A program made the translations under genes and the position numbers. A stretch of 64,000 nucleotides of DNA from Gekko japonicus (Eukaryota), in NCBI RefSeq assembly GCF_001447785.1, contig NW_015161963.1:1-64000 (forward strand), read 5' to 3'. The notes beneath the pieces are model-generated. The model did no database searches, was not told the DNA's origin, and saw only the letters and a list, made by a program, of their open reading frames with translations. This document shows, piece after piece, positions 49,050 to 61,078 of the stretch (its first letter is position 1; every line of letters begins with the position of its first letter).

Positions 49050-50700
49050 CTTCTGAAAAGCCACACTCGAACGCCTGTCTGTCTTCAGCATCCAACACCT
49101 CTGATAGACTGCGTCCGAGCCTAGAAGCTCCCTTTTGCAGGCAGGCATCTCTGCCTTCCCTGCTTAGGACCCAGCAGGCGTCGGCGAAGGCGTCTCGGCT
49201 ACAGCCGCAGCAGCTCCGGGCTGAGGAGGTGGAGCTGCAGTTCTTTAAAAAGACCAGCCTTGTTTACTGCAAACGAGAAACGAGTCGGACAGAGCCGGGG
49301 CCGCGGCGTCGCGCTGCTCTGGCCATGGAGCCCAGCTGGGCTCGGGCGCTACTTGTGAGCTGCTGGGCACTGCTCGCCTTGGCCTCCGCCGCCGAAGGTG
49401 AGCTTCGCAACTGCACCCCACCCCCCGCTCAATCGGGTCGGGCACATCCCCCCCCCCGCGGCTCCATCTTGGCTGGAGCGAACAAAGGCGAACTCCGGAC
49501 CGGCGCCCCTTTAATTGAACCCCCCCCCCCGGCCCCCCCCCCTCTTTCGGCAAGAAGAGGGAGCTGCGACAGGGCGACCCGCCCGCCGACTCCCCCCTTC
49601 CCTGCTTGGCTCCATTTTGGCTCCGCATTCTCGCTGCCTGCAGCCATCTTTTAGCTTGAGGGTCCTGCGTGGGGTTTTTTTGCAAGAGGGTGGCAGTTCC
49701 CGCAGGCTCTCCTTCACCCTGCCTACCCCCCCGTGCCGCTGATTGCGCCAGGTTCAGCCCCAGGGCCGGGGGTGGCTTGGTAGGAGCAGCACGAGCGGAG
49801 CTGCTTCCAGCGGTGTTTTGCAGCGCTTTTTGCTGCTTTGCAGCGATTCCGGTTTGGACTGATGGGTTAAGAGGGAACGAAGAGAATTCCTGAGATTGCA
49901 GAGAGGGGCGGCTGCCGGGTTGTGGAGGGGTCCCGCAGACAACGGGGAGCTCGATGCACGCAGCGGGCAGCGACTGGCCCCATCACCGAGTCCCCACCCC
50001 CTTCCCGTGCTTCTCCGAGTTGGTTCACAAGTGCATCCTGTATGCTCATAACTGAACGCGCGGCCGAACATGTGAGTGGGGCAATGTACGTAATATGCAT
50101 ACAACGGCGGGCCGTGGACCGCCTTCACACACGCGCGAAGCTCACGCACGCGTTGAAATGCCCACGGTAACTAAGCCTCTGCCACCAGCAAACCTGTTTC
50201 TCGAGTGCCTGGTGTGAGGAACGGTCGCCTGTCGCACTACAGCTACTGGGGTGGGGGGCAACGCAGGACAGGCGAGCAACAGCTGTCTTGGCCAGCAACT
50301 GGGACGCTCGCACACTCTGCAAGCGCTTAGAGGCACTGCACGGCCGAGGGCAGAGCGAGCGGCTTCCTGCATTGCGCAAGTAGCGCAGCCAAAAGCCCAT
50401 GATACCGCTGTCTCGTGATTGGCTGACACTGTTTCCAGGCCTCGAGCCAGCTTTCCATTGGATGCGGCTTTCGGCTGATGTCATTCTTCAAGCTGCCTGG
50501 TCTAGGCATGTAAACAACCTGGTCGCGCCCCCTGCACGTGGGCGGCCGCTTATGAGGCTCGCCCTTTCTCTGCGCGGTTAGCTTAGCTGCTTGCAAGGGA
50601 GGGCGGGTGGCGTGCAAAGAGGGGGTGGGGTGTTTTTTGCCTAGTGCATTTGTTACCAGAGCCGTATCCGACGTAAATGGGTCTTTTGGCGGGCGATACT
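49050..50700. promoter_or_regulatory. CpG island over the PIK3IP1 promoter, exon 1 and proximal intron 1
   Basis: Visibly GC- and CpG-dense relative to the CpG-depleted flanks. Contains TTGTTTAC (49260-49267), GTAAACAA (50510-50517), ATTGG boxes, CACGTG and GGGCGG motifs. Confidence 0.8.
49325..49397 (+). CDS. PIK3IP1: PIK3IP1 coding exon 1, signal peptide MEPSWARALLVSCWALLALASAAE
   Basis: Strong Kozak context GCCATGG; hydrophobic signal peptide with an A-x-A type cleavage region; phase-1 donor GAAG|GTGAGC; lies in the CpG island upstream of clear PIK3IP1 exons. Confidence 0.85.
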
Positions 50701-51522
50701 GTTGCCAACCTCCAGGAGGGGCCTGGGAATCTCCCGGAATCACAACTGACCTCCAGCCTACAGAGATCGTCTCCCCTGGAGAAAATGCCTGTTTTGGAGG
50801 ATGGGGTGCATGGAGATGTTGCAAGGCCATACAGTTATAAGCACTGGGATCAAGGTGTGCCTGGCTGATGGGTCTTGGTTCTTCAGTGCCCCCTTTACAC
50901 AGTTACATATTGTGAAGCAAGCTACCCACTGACATCTTATGGCACTTGCACCTCTTCCTGGCTGATTCCTTATAATACTGCACATGTTCAGACTGGCACA
51001 TACACCATAATTGCAGACAGCAGAGGAAAGATGCAGGAGCAAACAGGAGGGTAAATGCATCAACTGAACATGTTGAATGGGTAGAAAAGAGTAGAATGGG
51101 TTGAAAAGTCCAGTAGCACCTTAAAGACTAACAAATTATGTGGCAGGGTATGAGGATTTGCGAGTCACTCCTCGCTTCTTCAGAAGTGAAAAATCTGAGT
51201 GAAGAAATATCTGAAGAAGTGAGCAGTAACTCAGGGAAGCTCATAACCTGCCACATATTTTGTTAGTCTTTAAGGTGCTACTGGACTCTTGCTCTTTTGT
51301 ACTGCTACAGATGGACTGACAGGGCTACCCATCTTGATCTATCATCGAATGGGTGTTACGCAACCTGTTGTCTACTTGTTGAGGAATATTATGCATATCA
51401 GAGCATGGTGGTATTGCAACCAGCAACACCATTTCTAGTCTGCCCTCAGATCACCATGTTACATTCAGGAAACACATTTCTTGGAGCAAACTGGATGCCA
51501 ATTTTTCTCCCCTCTCTGACAG

Positions 51523-51708
51523 ATGTTACCTCTAGTGTATTACCTGCTGTTACCGCCAAAACTATGGATGCTGCAGAAGGAGACCACATTTTTGAATCTG
51601 CTAATAGCTTACCATCCCGGAGTGAGGCAGCTGCTGTTCAGCCGGTCGTTGGGATTAGCCAGCGGGTCAAGATGCGATCAAATGAAAAAAAAGATTTGGG
51701 CACCCTAG
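51523..51708 (+). CDS. PIK3IP1: PIK3IP1 stalk exon (equivalent to mammalian exon 4): (D)VTSSVLPAVTAKTMDAAEGDHIFESANSLPSRSEAAAVQPVVGISQRVKMRSNEKKDLGTL(G)
   Basis: Pyrimidine tract then ACAG|AT acceptor, and CTAG|GTATGT donor. The signature RSEAAAVQPV(I/V)GISQRV...EKKDLGTLG is recognisable. Confidence 0.93.
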   Translation: MLPLVYYLLLPPKLWMLQKETTFLNLLIAYHPGVRQLLFSRSLGLASGSRCDQMKKKIWAP

Positions 51709-51923
51709 GTATGTTGGGTTTCCTGTAAATACCCAGAAATAATGCTTGATACTCAAGATAGATTTGTTTCAGAGTTGTGAGCCATATCTAGAGAGCCAGT
51801 ACAGTAGAGTTGGTTAGAAAACTGGACTAGGATTTTCAAATCCCCACTCTGCTTGTAAGAGTTCACTGGGTGAGTTCTGATAAGTCACACTCAGTCTGGC
51901 CTACCTCACAGGGTTGGTGTTGG

Positions 51924-52308
51924 CAGGGGTCATTTTGTAGAAAAAGAGGTGCAGGAGCTCATTAGCACAATTTATTAGCATAACTTATTAGCATATGCCA
52001 CACCCCCTGACATCACCGGAAGTGTGTCAGAAGGCAACACCCACCGCTCAGGCTCCACTGGACTGTTTTGGATTGCTAGCTATTGGGGGGGGGGGACACA
52101 CGCAGATCTGCTCTCACAGAGGAGGGAGAGCTTGTACCTGAACGCGGAGGGGGGGGGGCTCTGCAACTTACATGGCTGCTGCTTGCTTCTTATGGCCCCA
52201 CTGAGGGCTGCTGGGAGCAGGGGGCGGGGCTTATTGCATGTGCTCACCCCCTGATGTGCTTACTGCCGGAGCTCCGCTCCTGTGCGCTCCCGCAGGAAAT
52301 GACCCCTC
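51924..52308. mobile_element. hAT MITE inserted in a SINE within a PIK3IP1 intron
   Basis: TIRs CAGGGGTCATTT / AAATGACCCCTC; perfect 8-bp TSD GGTGTTGG. Confidence 0.88.
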
Positions 52309-52765
52309 GGTGTTGGAAGGATAAAATGGAAAAGAGGAGAATGTATTCTAAACTGCTTAGGGTTCCCACTGCATGGAGAAAAGTGGCACATAAATATGTA
52401 AACAAACAGAAGCTCCACACTTGGCTATCTGCACTTCCTAGTTTGTTCTGTGCTCTACACAACTTGCTTTCCATGCCCTGTGGTTACTGTTCCTTGATGG
52501 TACTATGGAATTTCAACATTCCTCACCTTTGCTTTTTCCAGCCCTCTTGGTCATCTTACCACATTCCAAAACCAATTCCAGATTTTCTTCAGAACCTGAA
52601 TTTTAGGAGAAATTCTTCTCCTAGACAAAAAAAATGCTTACAAATACAATTTCCATAGTTTCACTGTAGAATTTGGATTGATGGGTGCACAGACACTTGG
52701 CAGGTTGTTTAACTGCTGCTGCATCATTAAAGTGCACTTCTCTCTCGCCCCCTTCCCCCAAACAG

Positions 52766-52844
52766 GCTATGTGATGGGACTTATCATGATGGTGATCATC
52801 ATTGCCATTGGAACAGGAATTGTTGTGGGCTACATCTACAAAAG
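52766..52844 (+). CDS. PIK3IP1: PIK3IP1 transmembrane exon (79 nt, GC donor): (G)YVMGLIMMVIIIAIGTGIVVGYIYK(R)
   Basis: AACAG|GC acceptor; hydrophobic TM helix; donor AAAG|GCAAGT, phase 2. Confidence 0.92.
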
Positions 52845-55511
52845 GCAAGTATCATAGGAAGTTTCTTCCCTCTGAGGAACCTAAGCATTTGAGTGTAACC
52901 TTGCGGTGTAGCAAAAGTCTACCCATTACCCCACCCACTCCTCTTCGGTCTTACAAGTGGCTCAGCAGTTTCCGTGCTAAAATCATAATTCTGCTTCACT
53001 ACTACTAGGACAGTCTCTGGGTTTCCGCCCCCACTCCTCAGAGTAGCAGCTCCCTCTCCCCTCTGGGCAGTAACCAAGCAGACCAATCACAAAGATGCGA
53101 TGCAGCAATACAACCAGACAGTCAGCCTTGCCCTCTCAAGCCAGTGCTTCACTTTGTCCTCCCAGTGGCTTTACTGCAAGGCCAAGGTAGCCTGAGCAGC
53201 TTCCACTACTGAAGTGCCCTCAGGCCTAAGCTATCTTTGCTGCTTTCCCCTTGCTTAGTCACAGCCCAGGGGCCAACTTAAAGGACATGTTCACTTGCAC
53301 AAGGTCGGGGAGGCGTGCTCTCAGTTGGAGCCTTTGAGTCAATCACTCCCAGAGGGAGAAAACAGTCCACCTTATTTGGTATTGTGGAAGGTGCTGCTGT
53401 TTACCTTTGAGGCGTTGTCCTTTTGTGAAGGAAGCTTTACAGCTCAAAAGAAGCTGAAGTTGAAGGAATGAGAGGATAAACAAAAGGGAATGCCTTTTAA
53501 AATGTTTGCTAAGCACTAATTGGTTTAAGGATACATTTGCCCAAGGAATTGGTGGAGGGGCAGTAAAGATTCCCTTAGCCAAAATTCTTTCATTACTGTG
53601 TTAGGATGGAAACATTCCTCACAGCCTCATTTCCATTCATTTCTAAGGATTGAATCCTGAAGCAAAGAGAATGCTTTCATCCCTATACTTGAATTCAGAA
53701 TTAAAGTACTTGAATTCAGAATCTTCAGACACTTCTGGCAGGGAAACAATAACAGTGACAATGGTCATAAAGAGGGAATGGTTTTATTGTCTGTCACTAG
53801 GACTCATTTTGCTGGAAGGATTTCAAAAGCCTACATTCCTTCTTGGCCCTTGTATTTGCAAGCAGTTGATAGGAAAGGGGTAGCTTGCCACAACACCTGA
53901 CCGTTACTTTGACAGCTTCCCATGTCTCAACTTACTTTCTTCATGGGAAGTGTAATGTTTAAATCATGCCCCACAGAATTTAGGCCAGGGCTTCCAAAGC
54001 AGACCAGGGTCTATTTTTTTCTGAAAAAGAAGATTAAGTACTGATGGAATGGGTCTGACCTGGCTATGTAACATTCCTAGAAACTAGGTGGGGGCAGTTT
54101 ATCTCCAGGGTTGTTGGGTTTTTTGGGAGTAGGGGTGGGGGAGTGACACAAGGAAACTTCAGATATGTGCAATACTTGGCTTTCCTATCAAACCTAAACT
54201 TGTTTTATTGCTTTAATAGCATACTGTATCATCTAACCTGTAGATAGCATATAACATTGTACTGTTTGGCATATTTATGGAATTTAAAAGGAAAGTGCCT
54301 TAAGTATGAGAAGCAAAATGGTACATTCATTCACCCAATCCTTGATAGTGCTGCACATTGCTGCAAGCAGTGCTACCTGAGCACATATATCTTAATTTCT
54401 GCTGCATGCCAAAAAATGAAGTAGAAAACATATGTGTATGATGTAAATAGGAGTTACCCTTACCCTGTAGCTTCTTACATGAAATATTTCATGCTCTATG
54501 AGTCAATCCCTGTCCTAAAACACATTTTACTCATTCCAAAAGGGGGAAAACCTTTTAAGTACCACAGCATTCCTAGATACAGTTTTTGTAAAGATAAAGA
54601 ATATACCAATAAGTTGGCCTCACAGTATTTTTTTTGTGCTGCAAGGGTCAGATGAGGTGGTTATACTGTTACCTTCCCACAAGCCTTCCACTGGGTTACA
54701 AATAGTGTTGAGTAATAGTGAGTGACCCCCTCCCTCAGCCTTGCATAACTGCTGAGGGAGGGGCTGCCTCAGATGCATTCCTCAGTGCCACCCTCGTGAT
54801 CACTTAAATAGCAGCCTAGCAACCATTGTGCCTAGCTTACGCCTCAGGGAGGTTTCTCTACAGAAATCATTGTTGAGGCAGACTTGCAAAAGCAATGGGG
54901 TGTGTTTGGGGGGTGCTCTCTTATTATTCAAAATAAAAAAGAATCATGTGCCAACCTTAAGGTCCTGGGCCCTGTGGAGAAGCAGTTCACTACATCCTGC
55001 TTGTGCTACTGTACAACAGCCTACAAAGCAGGACTAGATGGGCCACTATTCTGATCCCAGCAGGCTGCTCTTACATTCTGTTAGGGCAGCCCTCTCCCTG
55101 ACCTTGTTGAGAGTTGCAGGGTACACCTGACCACAGGATAGCCACTGTGGAGGCTGGGGTCAGTCACAAAATGTGAGGGGACACCTGGCCAAAAATCCTT
55201 CAGTGATGGAGGGAGCTGTTTCCAAACTGGTGCTCCCTGTAGACACAAAGTTGATTCTTCCCATACTCTTCTGTTCTACCTCCTGTTCCACTGAGCTGGA
55301 GGAAGTCCAGGGTTGTCCCTTTCTTTGTGGCAGGAGGAAGCGGACACCAATGAACACATTGTAGGGAACCACATTGGAGACCAATGGGCTATGGTCCTCT
55401 GCTTCCAGATGCAGTGAGGTCTCTTGAGTTACAACTCCCCATGTTGTCCCCCCTTCTTGAGAAAAAACTCTCCTGGCCCTAGACTAACAAGGTTAACAGT
55501 AATTAAAAGAT

Positions 55512-55554
55512 NNNNNNNNNNNNNNNNNNNNNNNNNNNNNNNNNNNNNNNNNNN
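55512..55554. other. Assembly gap (43 N) in the last PIK3IP1 intron
   Basis: Run of N. Confidence 1.
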
Positions 55555-56062
55555 ACTGCATCTTGCAATACCAGCTTCACTAAAAGAACTCATTGACCCT
55601 CAGTGAATCTGTAGGGTTTTGCTTGCAAGTATCATCCCTTCAGCCAGGAAAGGGTTAAGCTGAAGTTTCTGTAAGCTAATAGCAGCAAGTTTAGCCTAGA
55701 ACCAATTAGGTGTAGAGTAGATTCTTAATGAGGTGACCTTAAGATTGACTATTGGCTTATCAATATATTGGAGACAGTTCATGCTATTCTGCAAGTACAC
55801 AAGGGATGAAGCTTTGGGGGGAAACTTCCATTCCTTCCTTCTTAGGGTCAGAGGGAACAAAGAAATGAGATGCAGCAAATCAGAACTAGAAAGATGAGTT
55901 AGAGTTGTTTTCTTTCCATGTAATCCTTTCCCTAATTTTGAAGTACACTTTTCCTTAAGAAGTTAAACATACAGGTGTCTGTGCTGCATTCTTCTGCCGT
56001 GCTTCATTTATTCTGCTAAACGTCCAACAGAACCAACCATCTTTCATCCTCTCTGTCTTCAG

Positions 56063-56270
56063 GGGGAAAGATCTCAAGCAGCAGCATGAGCAGAAAGCTT
56101 ATGAGCGTGAAATGCAGAGGATCACGTTGCCACTCTCAGCATTCACCAACCAAGCCTGTGAGCTGGTGGACGAGAACACGGTTGTGGTGCACACCACTCA
56201 GACACCTGTGGAGGAAATGCACAATGGCGATGCACCCTTGATGGGCCAGGCAGGCACTCCCGGAGCCTGA
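56063..56270 (+). CDS. PIK3IP1: PIK3IP1 terminal coding exon, cytoplasmic p85-like tail: (R)GKDLKQQHEQKAYEREMQRITLPLSAFTNQACELVDENTVVVHTTQTPVEEMHNGDAPLMGQAGTPGA*
   Basis: TCTTCAG|G acceptor; signatures EREMQRITLPLSAFTN and PLMGQAGTPGA*; TGA at 56268-56270. Not listed in the ORF track. Confidence 0.95.
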
Positions 56271-57693
56271 TCACAGAGCGCTAGAAGATAACTCTGCTTT
56301 GACCACCACAAGCCCCTCTCCTCTCATCCTTGATAATGGGAGTTGGTTTTTTTTTTCTGGTAAGGGAGGGATAAGATGCCCACACAGAGAGAAAAGATTT
56401 GTAAAGGGTGTCAGTACTGGCTCATCCACAGTAGTCTGCTGATGCAGAGCAGATCCCTGGACTGTAGGACTAGTGGAGCTCTGGCCTGAAGCTGTTCTTC
56501 CTCCTGTGTCTCTAGAGTGCTACAAGTGAAGTAGCCCTGTGATTCCTGCAGTGGAGTGCAGCAAGTCTGCTGCTAAGGAGGCCACTGTCCTCTCCCTTCA
56601 GTTCTCCTTTCAGTGTGGATGGTGTTCACAATTCTTGGTACCTATAAGCTCTTTTAACTGGGGTGGGTGGGGAGCTTAAGAAAGGTGTGTGAATATCTGG
56701 AATGTAGATTTTATTTTTGTGTGTGTGACAGCTGCCAAAGGAGCAGCAGTGCCACCACCAAAACCCTAGCACATGTCGGTGGTTTAGTGATTGAGGAATT
56801 TTATTTGGCAGTCAATATTCTAATTTTTAAAAAGCCAGGTAGTCTGTGGGACACTTCCCATATGCTGAAGATTCAGCTGTAGCGGAGAATGGCTTCCTTG
56901 GCACTGGGCCAAGGGAGGATGGGAAGAAACAGCAAAAAAAACCCCAACAACACCAAAACCCCTTTCTACTGCCCCCAAGGCTGTTAATAATAATCCAGGT
57001 CTTCCATGGCCCAATCCTTACCTGCCTGAAAATAAGAAATATGGTCCTCTGTGTTTGTCCCCACAACTTGCTAGGGACCCCCCACACACACACAGTCTCT
57101 GGGATCAGGGAACAGCCTGGAGCCGCCTCCTCCTGAAGCCAGCCAGTTTGGTTTAGCAGTTAGATTTAGGAGGAATGGAGAGAATTTTGACCCCAAAGGG
57201 ATTATTTCTACACTCCTTTCCCCAGAGGTTCGTTTCCAGGGCGGAAAAGAAAGTGTTAAGAAAAGGGTTTGCTAGGTTAAACCTGACCGAAAAGACTTCG
57301 CTAAAAGGAAAGTGCCAGTCAGTGACAGAGGGATGCCCTGCGGTTCCAAGAGTGAAAGGTTCGGGGCCTCTTCCTGAAAACTAGCCAGTTTGGGTAAAGA
57401 CTGCTTAAGCAGCTGTATTAGTAGAGCTAAAGCACGTATGGGTGAGTTTTGGCCAGAGGTGGATGGAGACCGGAAAAGGCACAGAAGACATAGCTGAACA
57501 TGTCGGCAAAGGGCTGATTCCACTCATACAGATATTTTAACCCTTCTCCACTCGAGGGCCTCCAAGCTGCCAAGAGTAACAATTTCTTGCAAATTATATC
57601 CATGAGCAAGAACAAGGGAAACATTTTTAAATTTTTTAAATGCCTTTGAATACCGTTTCTTTGTAAGCATCTTAAAATACCTCATGATTATGA

Positions 57694-57699
57694 AATAAA
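57694..57699 (+). terminator. Candidate PIK3IP1 poly(A) signal AATAAA
   Basis: AATAAA about 1.4 kb after the stop codon, in an AT-rich context. Confidence 0.45.
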
Positions 57700-58459
57700 C
57701 TATTCAGGTTGTAATTAATGCCTTGCATTGTGAATCATAAACACACCAGGCCAGGTTCTGTGGAAAACCTCCATGTTCATGCATTTCAGGGCCTGATTGG
57801 CAGCCAATGCTGATTCTCTTATCAGCAGAGGAAGGTACCCTTGTATGGGTCGTGCCTCCTCCCTGCTCCATGGGCAGGGCATAAGAAGATTTCTTGCAAA
57901 GCCTTCCACGATCCTGAGGAGACGCTCTACCTCCCCGTGTCTGTGCCCTGCATGCTCCATGAATGGATGAACTTCCACTGCTCTCACACCTCACTTATTA
58001 AAAACACAGGCAAAAATACCTTTAGAAATTGCTAGCCTCCACCTCTCACGATCAGTAGTGGAGGAAAGTATACAAAGTTCTCCTGGATGGAACAGTATTC
58101 CAAGGCAGCTTCTGGAACTGAGCTGCTGCAAGAGGTAAGTTTGGCTGCTGTTCCTCTCCCCCCCCCCCCCCCCGCCTCCTGCCTCTGCAACATTAGTGCC
58201 TGTTCTTCAGCTGTCACTCTCCCCTGCTGAAGCACTGGCAGGAAAAGGGACAGCCGGACCTCTCCCACTCCAAGGTAATGGTGGTGGACGGCCCATCAAT
58301 GAGGCCACCTACAGTTCCTCTGAGCCTGAAAAGGGGCTCTCCCTGCTCATCTCCCTTGGCTGCAGGAAGGGACTCCCAAGGTAAGCAGAGGGGCAGCAGG
58401 TAACTATCCACCACTTGGAGGGTGACTTCTTTAAACTCCCCTCCATTGTCCTCACCCCG

Positions 58460-58635
58460 CAGGCCCATAGCTAGGATTTTTTAATTCAGGGGGCACCCTG
58501 CACAGACAACCCCCCAAGGAAGCACCACAAATTTAAAAAATGGAAGTCGGGGGGCCTGGACTGGATGGGAAGGGGGGCCTTGGTAGTAAGTGGGGGGGCC
58601 AGGCCCCAAGATGCCCCGCTGTAGCTACAGGCCTG
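58460..58635. mobile_element. Small hAT MITE
   Basis: TIRs CAGGCCCATAGCTA / TAGCTACAGGCCTG; TSD TCACCCCG / TCACCAGG (6 of 8 match). Confidence 0.65.
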
Positions 58636-61072
58636 TCACCAGGGCTTCACCTTTGTCCTTATATTACACCTGAGCATGAAGGACATTAAGTGCAATCTGA
58701 AGGGGGGGGAAGCAAACCCCAACAAAAAAGGGGGGGGGGAATCCCGCAGATATAACTGGTGTCATTTTAGCTCTTCTAGGCCAGCAGACCATGAGGCCTG
58801 CACTCAGCTCTGCCTTTGGTCTCCAGAGCTAGACTCTGCCCCCTCCAGCCATTCTGAATAATTGCACTTCAACGCCGCTTCAGACTCCATGGCTTCAGTT
58901 CAGGAAGAAGAGGAGCTGTTGGGGGAATGTACCACTTCTTCTGGCCTAGCCTCTACCAGCTTTCTCCATTAGAAGGAACTTCCACCCCTTTCCGGGGAAG
59001 GTCACTCTGGCCTAAGGATTTGCAGGACTAACCACTTACAGTCCAGTGCCAATTCTGCTGCTGCCACTCTCCCCAGCTGAAGTACCAACGGGGACGGGGA
59101 GTGGACAGCGACCTGCTCCAAAGCACTGGTGGCGAATGGGCCCATTTATAGAGCTACCCAAAGCTCAGCTCAAGCTGGCATCTCGCATTCCATCAGCTCT
59201 GCATGGCCAGGAGGCTTTGGCAAGTATATGCAGCCTTGTAAATTCTCCTAGGGTAAGACAGATTGTTGTTTTGTTCCAGGTGCAATTCCTTCAAATAGAT
59301 GGGGACAGCTCCCTTAAAGAAGCCATGAGGCCCCAGACCTTGCCCTCAGAGCAAGTGCAGCCTCCCCTGCTTGCACAAAGCTGCCATTACTCAGGGCTGA
59401 GAAATCTCTCTGGGTCCTAGCTTCTGACCTGTTCAGGTACCAGCAGGACTGCCAAGATCAACAGAGCCTCTAGATTCTCTGGGGTCACTGTACCAGATGA
59501 AATCCTGGTGGAGATCAATAAAAAGAAGTCAATATCCTCTTCTTCCAAACTAGGCAAGAAGAGACCCAAGAGATCAGATCAAACTTCCTTTGGGCATTCC
59601 CGAGTATCTTTCCGGCAAGGGGGCTCCAGACTCCACTATACAGCTTGAAACAAATCCTGATTGATCTCAAAATCCAACCTCATCCAAGGGTTCTAAAGTG
59701 CACTACACAATCTGGCTGTGTACATTCTAGACCTCCACTCCCTGAAGAGCAGGTCTCCTTTCTCCAACTGGCCAATGCAATATTGGCTTAGGTTCCAAGC
59801 CACCAGATCCCAGGAAGCAGAGTGTCCCCTGCCTGACTCTCCTTGAGTCCCCAACCAAGAACATGCCCAAATACTAGCACAGGGTGCATGTTGGTGAGGC
59901 AGAAGGGTGAGGATGCTCTCTCAGCTCCCAGGGCACAAAGGGTCTCCTCTACACTCTCCCTGAATCTCTACTCGTAGTCAGGGAGTTCAAGAGACTACAA
60001 GAGAAACAGCCAACTTTGCCTTACCTGTGGCTACTTAAGGCAGAAATCTTCTCCAAAAGGTAGTTTAATTCCTCTCCTTTTAAGGAGGAGGTACAACTCA
60101 TACAAGGATACCTTCCATTCCACTGATGAGAAGAAACCTTCATGGTTAAGTCCAATGTTTAAAAAAACAACAACAACACAACCCACACACTTCCAATTCA
60201 TTTTAGCTCTGTTACAGGAGCACAAAATCACCTTTGCTCAGTTCAGGCAAGGTCCAGAAATCCCATTCGCTGAACTGGAATCTCCAGGTATAGCTGCTTG
60301 AACAGCTCTCCATCCACTTTAAACTTAATTCAGGACACCTTTCTTCACAGAAAGCCAACTCTTTGAGAGGCTGCCCTGCAGGCTCACAGACGGTGGGCTC
60401 AATCCTACCAGGTTTCTACTTAGTCTTGCCCCATTCCAATAGTCATGGCAGCTCCTGTCATGTGGTTTTTGTCCATGGCTCCCATGACCTCCAGCATAGC
60501 CCTTTTGCTGATCAAAATGGGCTGCCTCTTCCTCTTTTGCCAATGGAAAATCTGATAGGATCTAACCCTGTAATTAGACTTAGCCAAGAAATACCAGACT
60601 TATTCCTCAAAAGCAGCTCTGTTTCCTGAGGTCCATATGGGGCACATGTAGAGGAATCTATGTTCAGAAGTGAAAGGTACGATTCCACTCATCTACAACA
60701 TGAATCCTCCTCCTTTCCATTTGTCACCAAGAATAACCACACTTTATCAGCACAAGAGCTGCAAAGCAAAACCACCATTATTTGCAAAATACACTATGGG
60801 TTTCAGTTCCTCTCTTAAAAGTAGCAAACCCTTGGTCCTGTAAAGCACTCCCTTTTTGTATCTGTATTCCAAGACCTACAGCTCATCTGTGTTCACTGCC
60901 CATTACATCAGCCTGCAAATTCCCACAGACTCCTACACAGTTCCTCATCCAGTCTTTAGAACTATGAGGACCAGAAGTCTGCTGTCCTAAGGACACAGCC
61001 CGGTCTAGACACTACTATGGTCTCTTAAATACAAAATGCAATTCCAACAAGCTCTGCATTCATAGGATAAAG

Positions 61073-61078
61073 TTTATT
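61073..61078 (-). terminator. Candidate LIMK2 poly(A) signal (TTTATT on + = AATAAA on -)
   Basis: About 1.6 kb downstream of the LIMK2 stop on the minus strand, with U/GU-rich sequence further downstream. Confidence 0.55.

Noticed and set aside
48923-49654. 243-aa ORF over the PIK3IP1 promoter
   Set aside because: Only 49325-49397 is coding; the rest is stop-poor CpG-island sequence.
49902-50050. Possible decayed kringle exon: CAG acceptor, then GGC-TGC (G-C) and GAC-AAC-GGG (D-N-G) in a different frame
   Set aside because: The motifs are out of frame with each other, there is no W, YR or CLNW, and there is no good donor. It is indistinguishable from chance in GC-rich DNA without an alignment to outgroup exons.
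58190-60700. Possible gene between PIK3IP1 and LIMK2; diverged similarity between ~58195-58300 and ~59044-59155
   Set aside because: No coherent ORF or exon chain; more likely decayed retroelement sequence that I cannot classify by eye.
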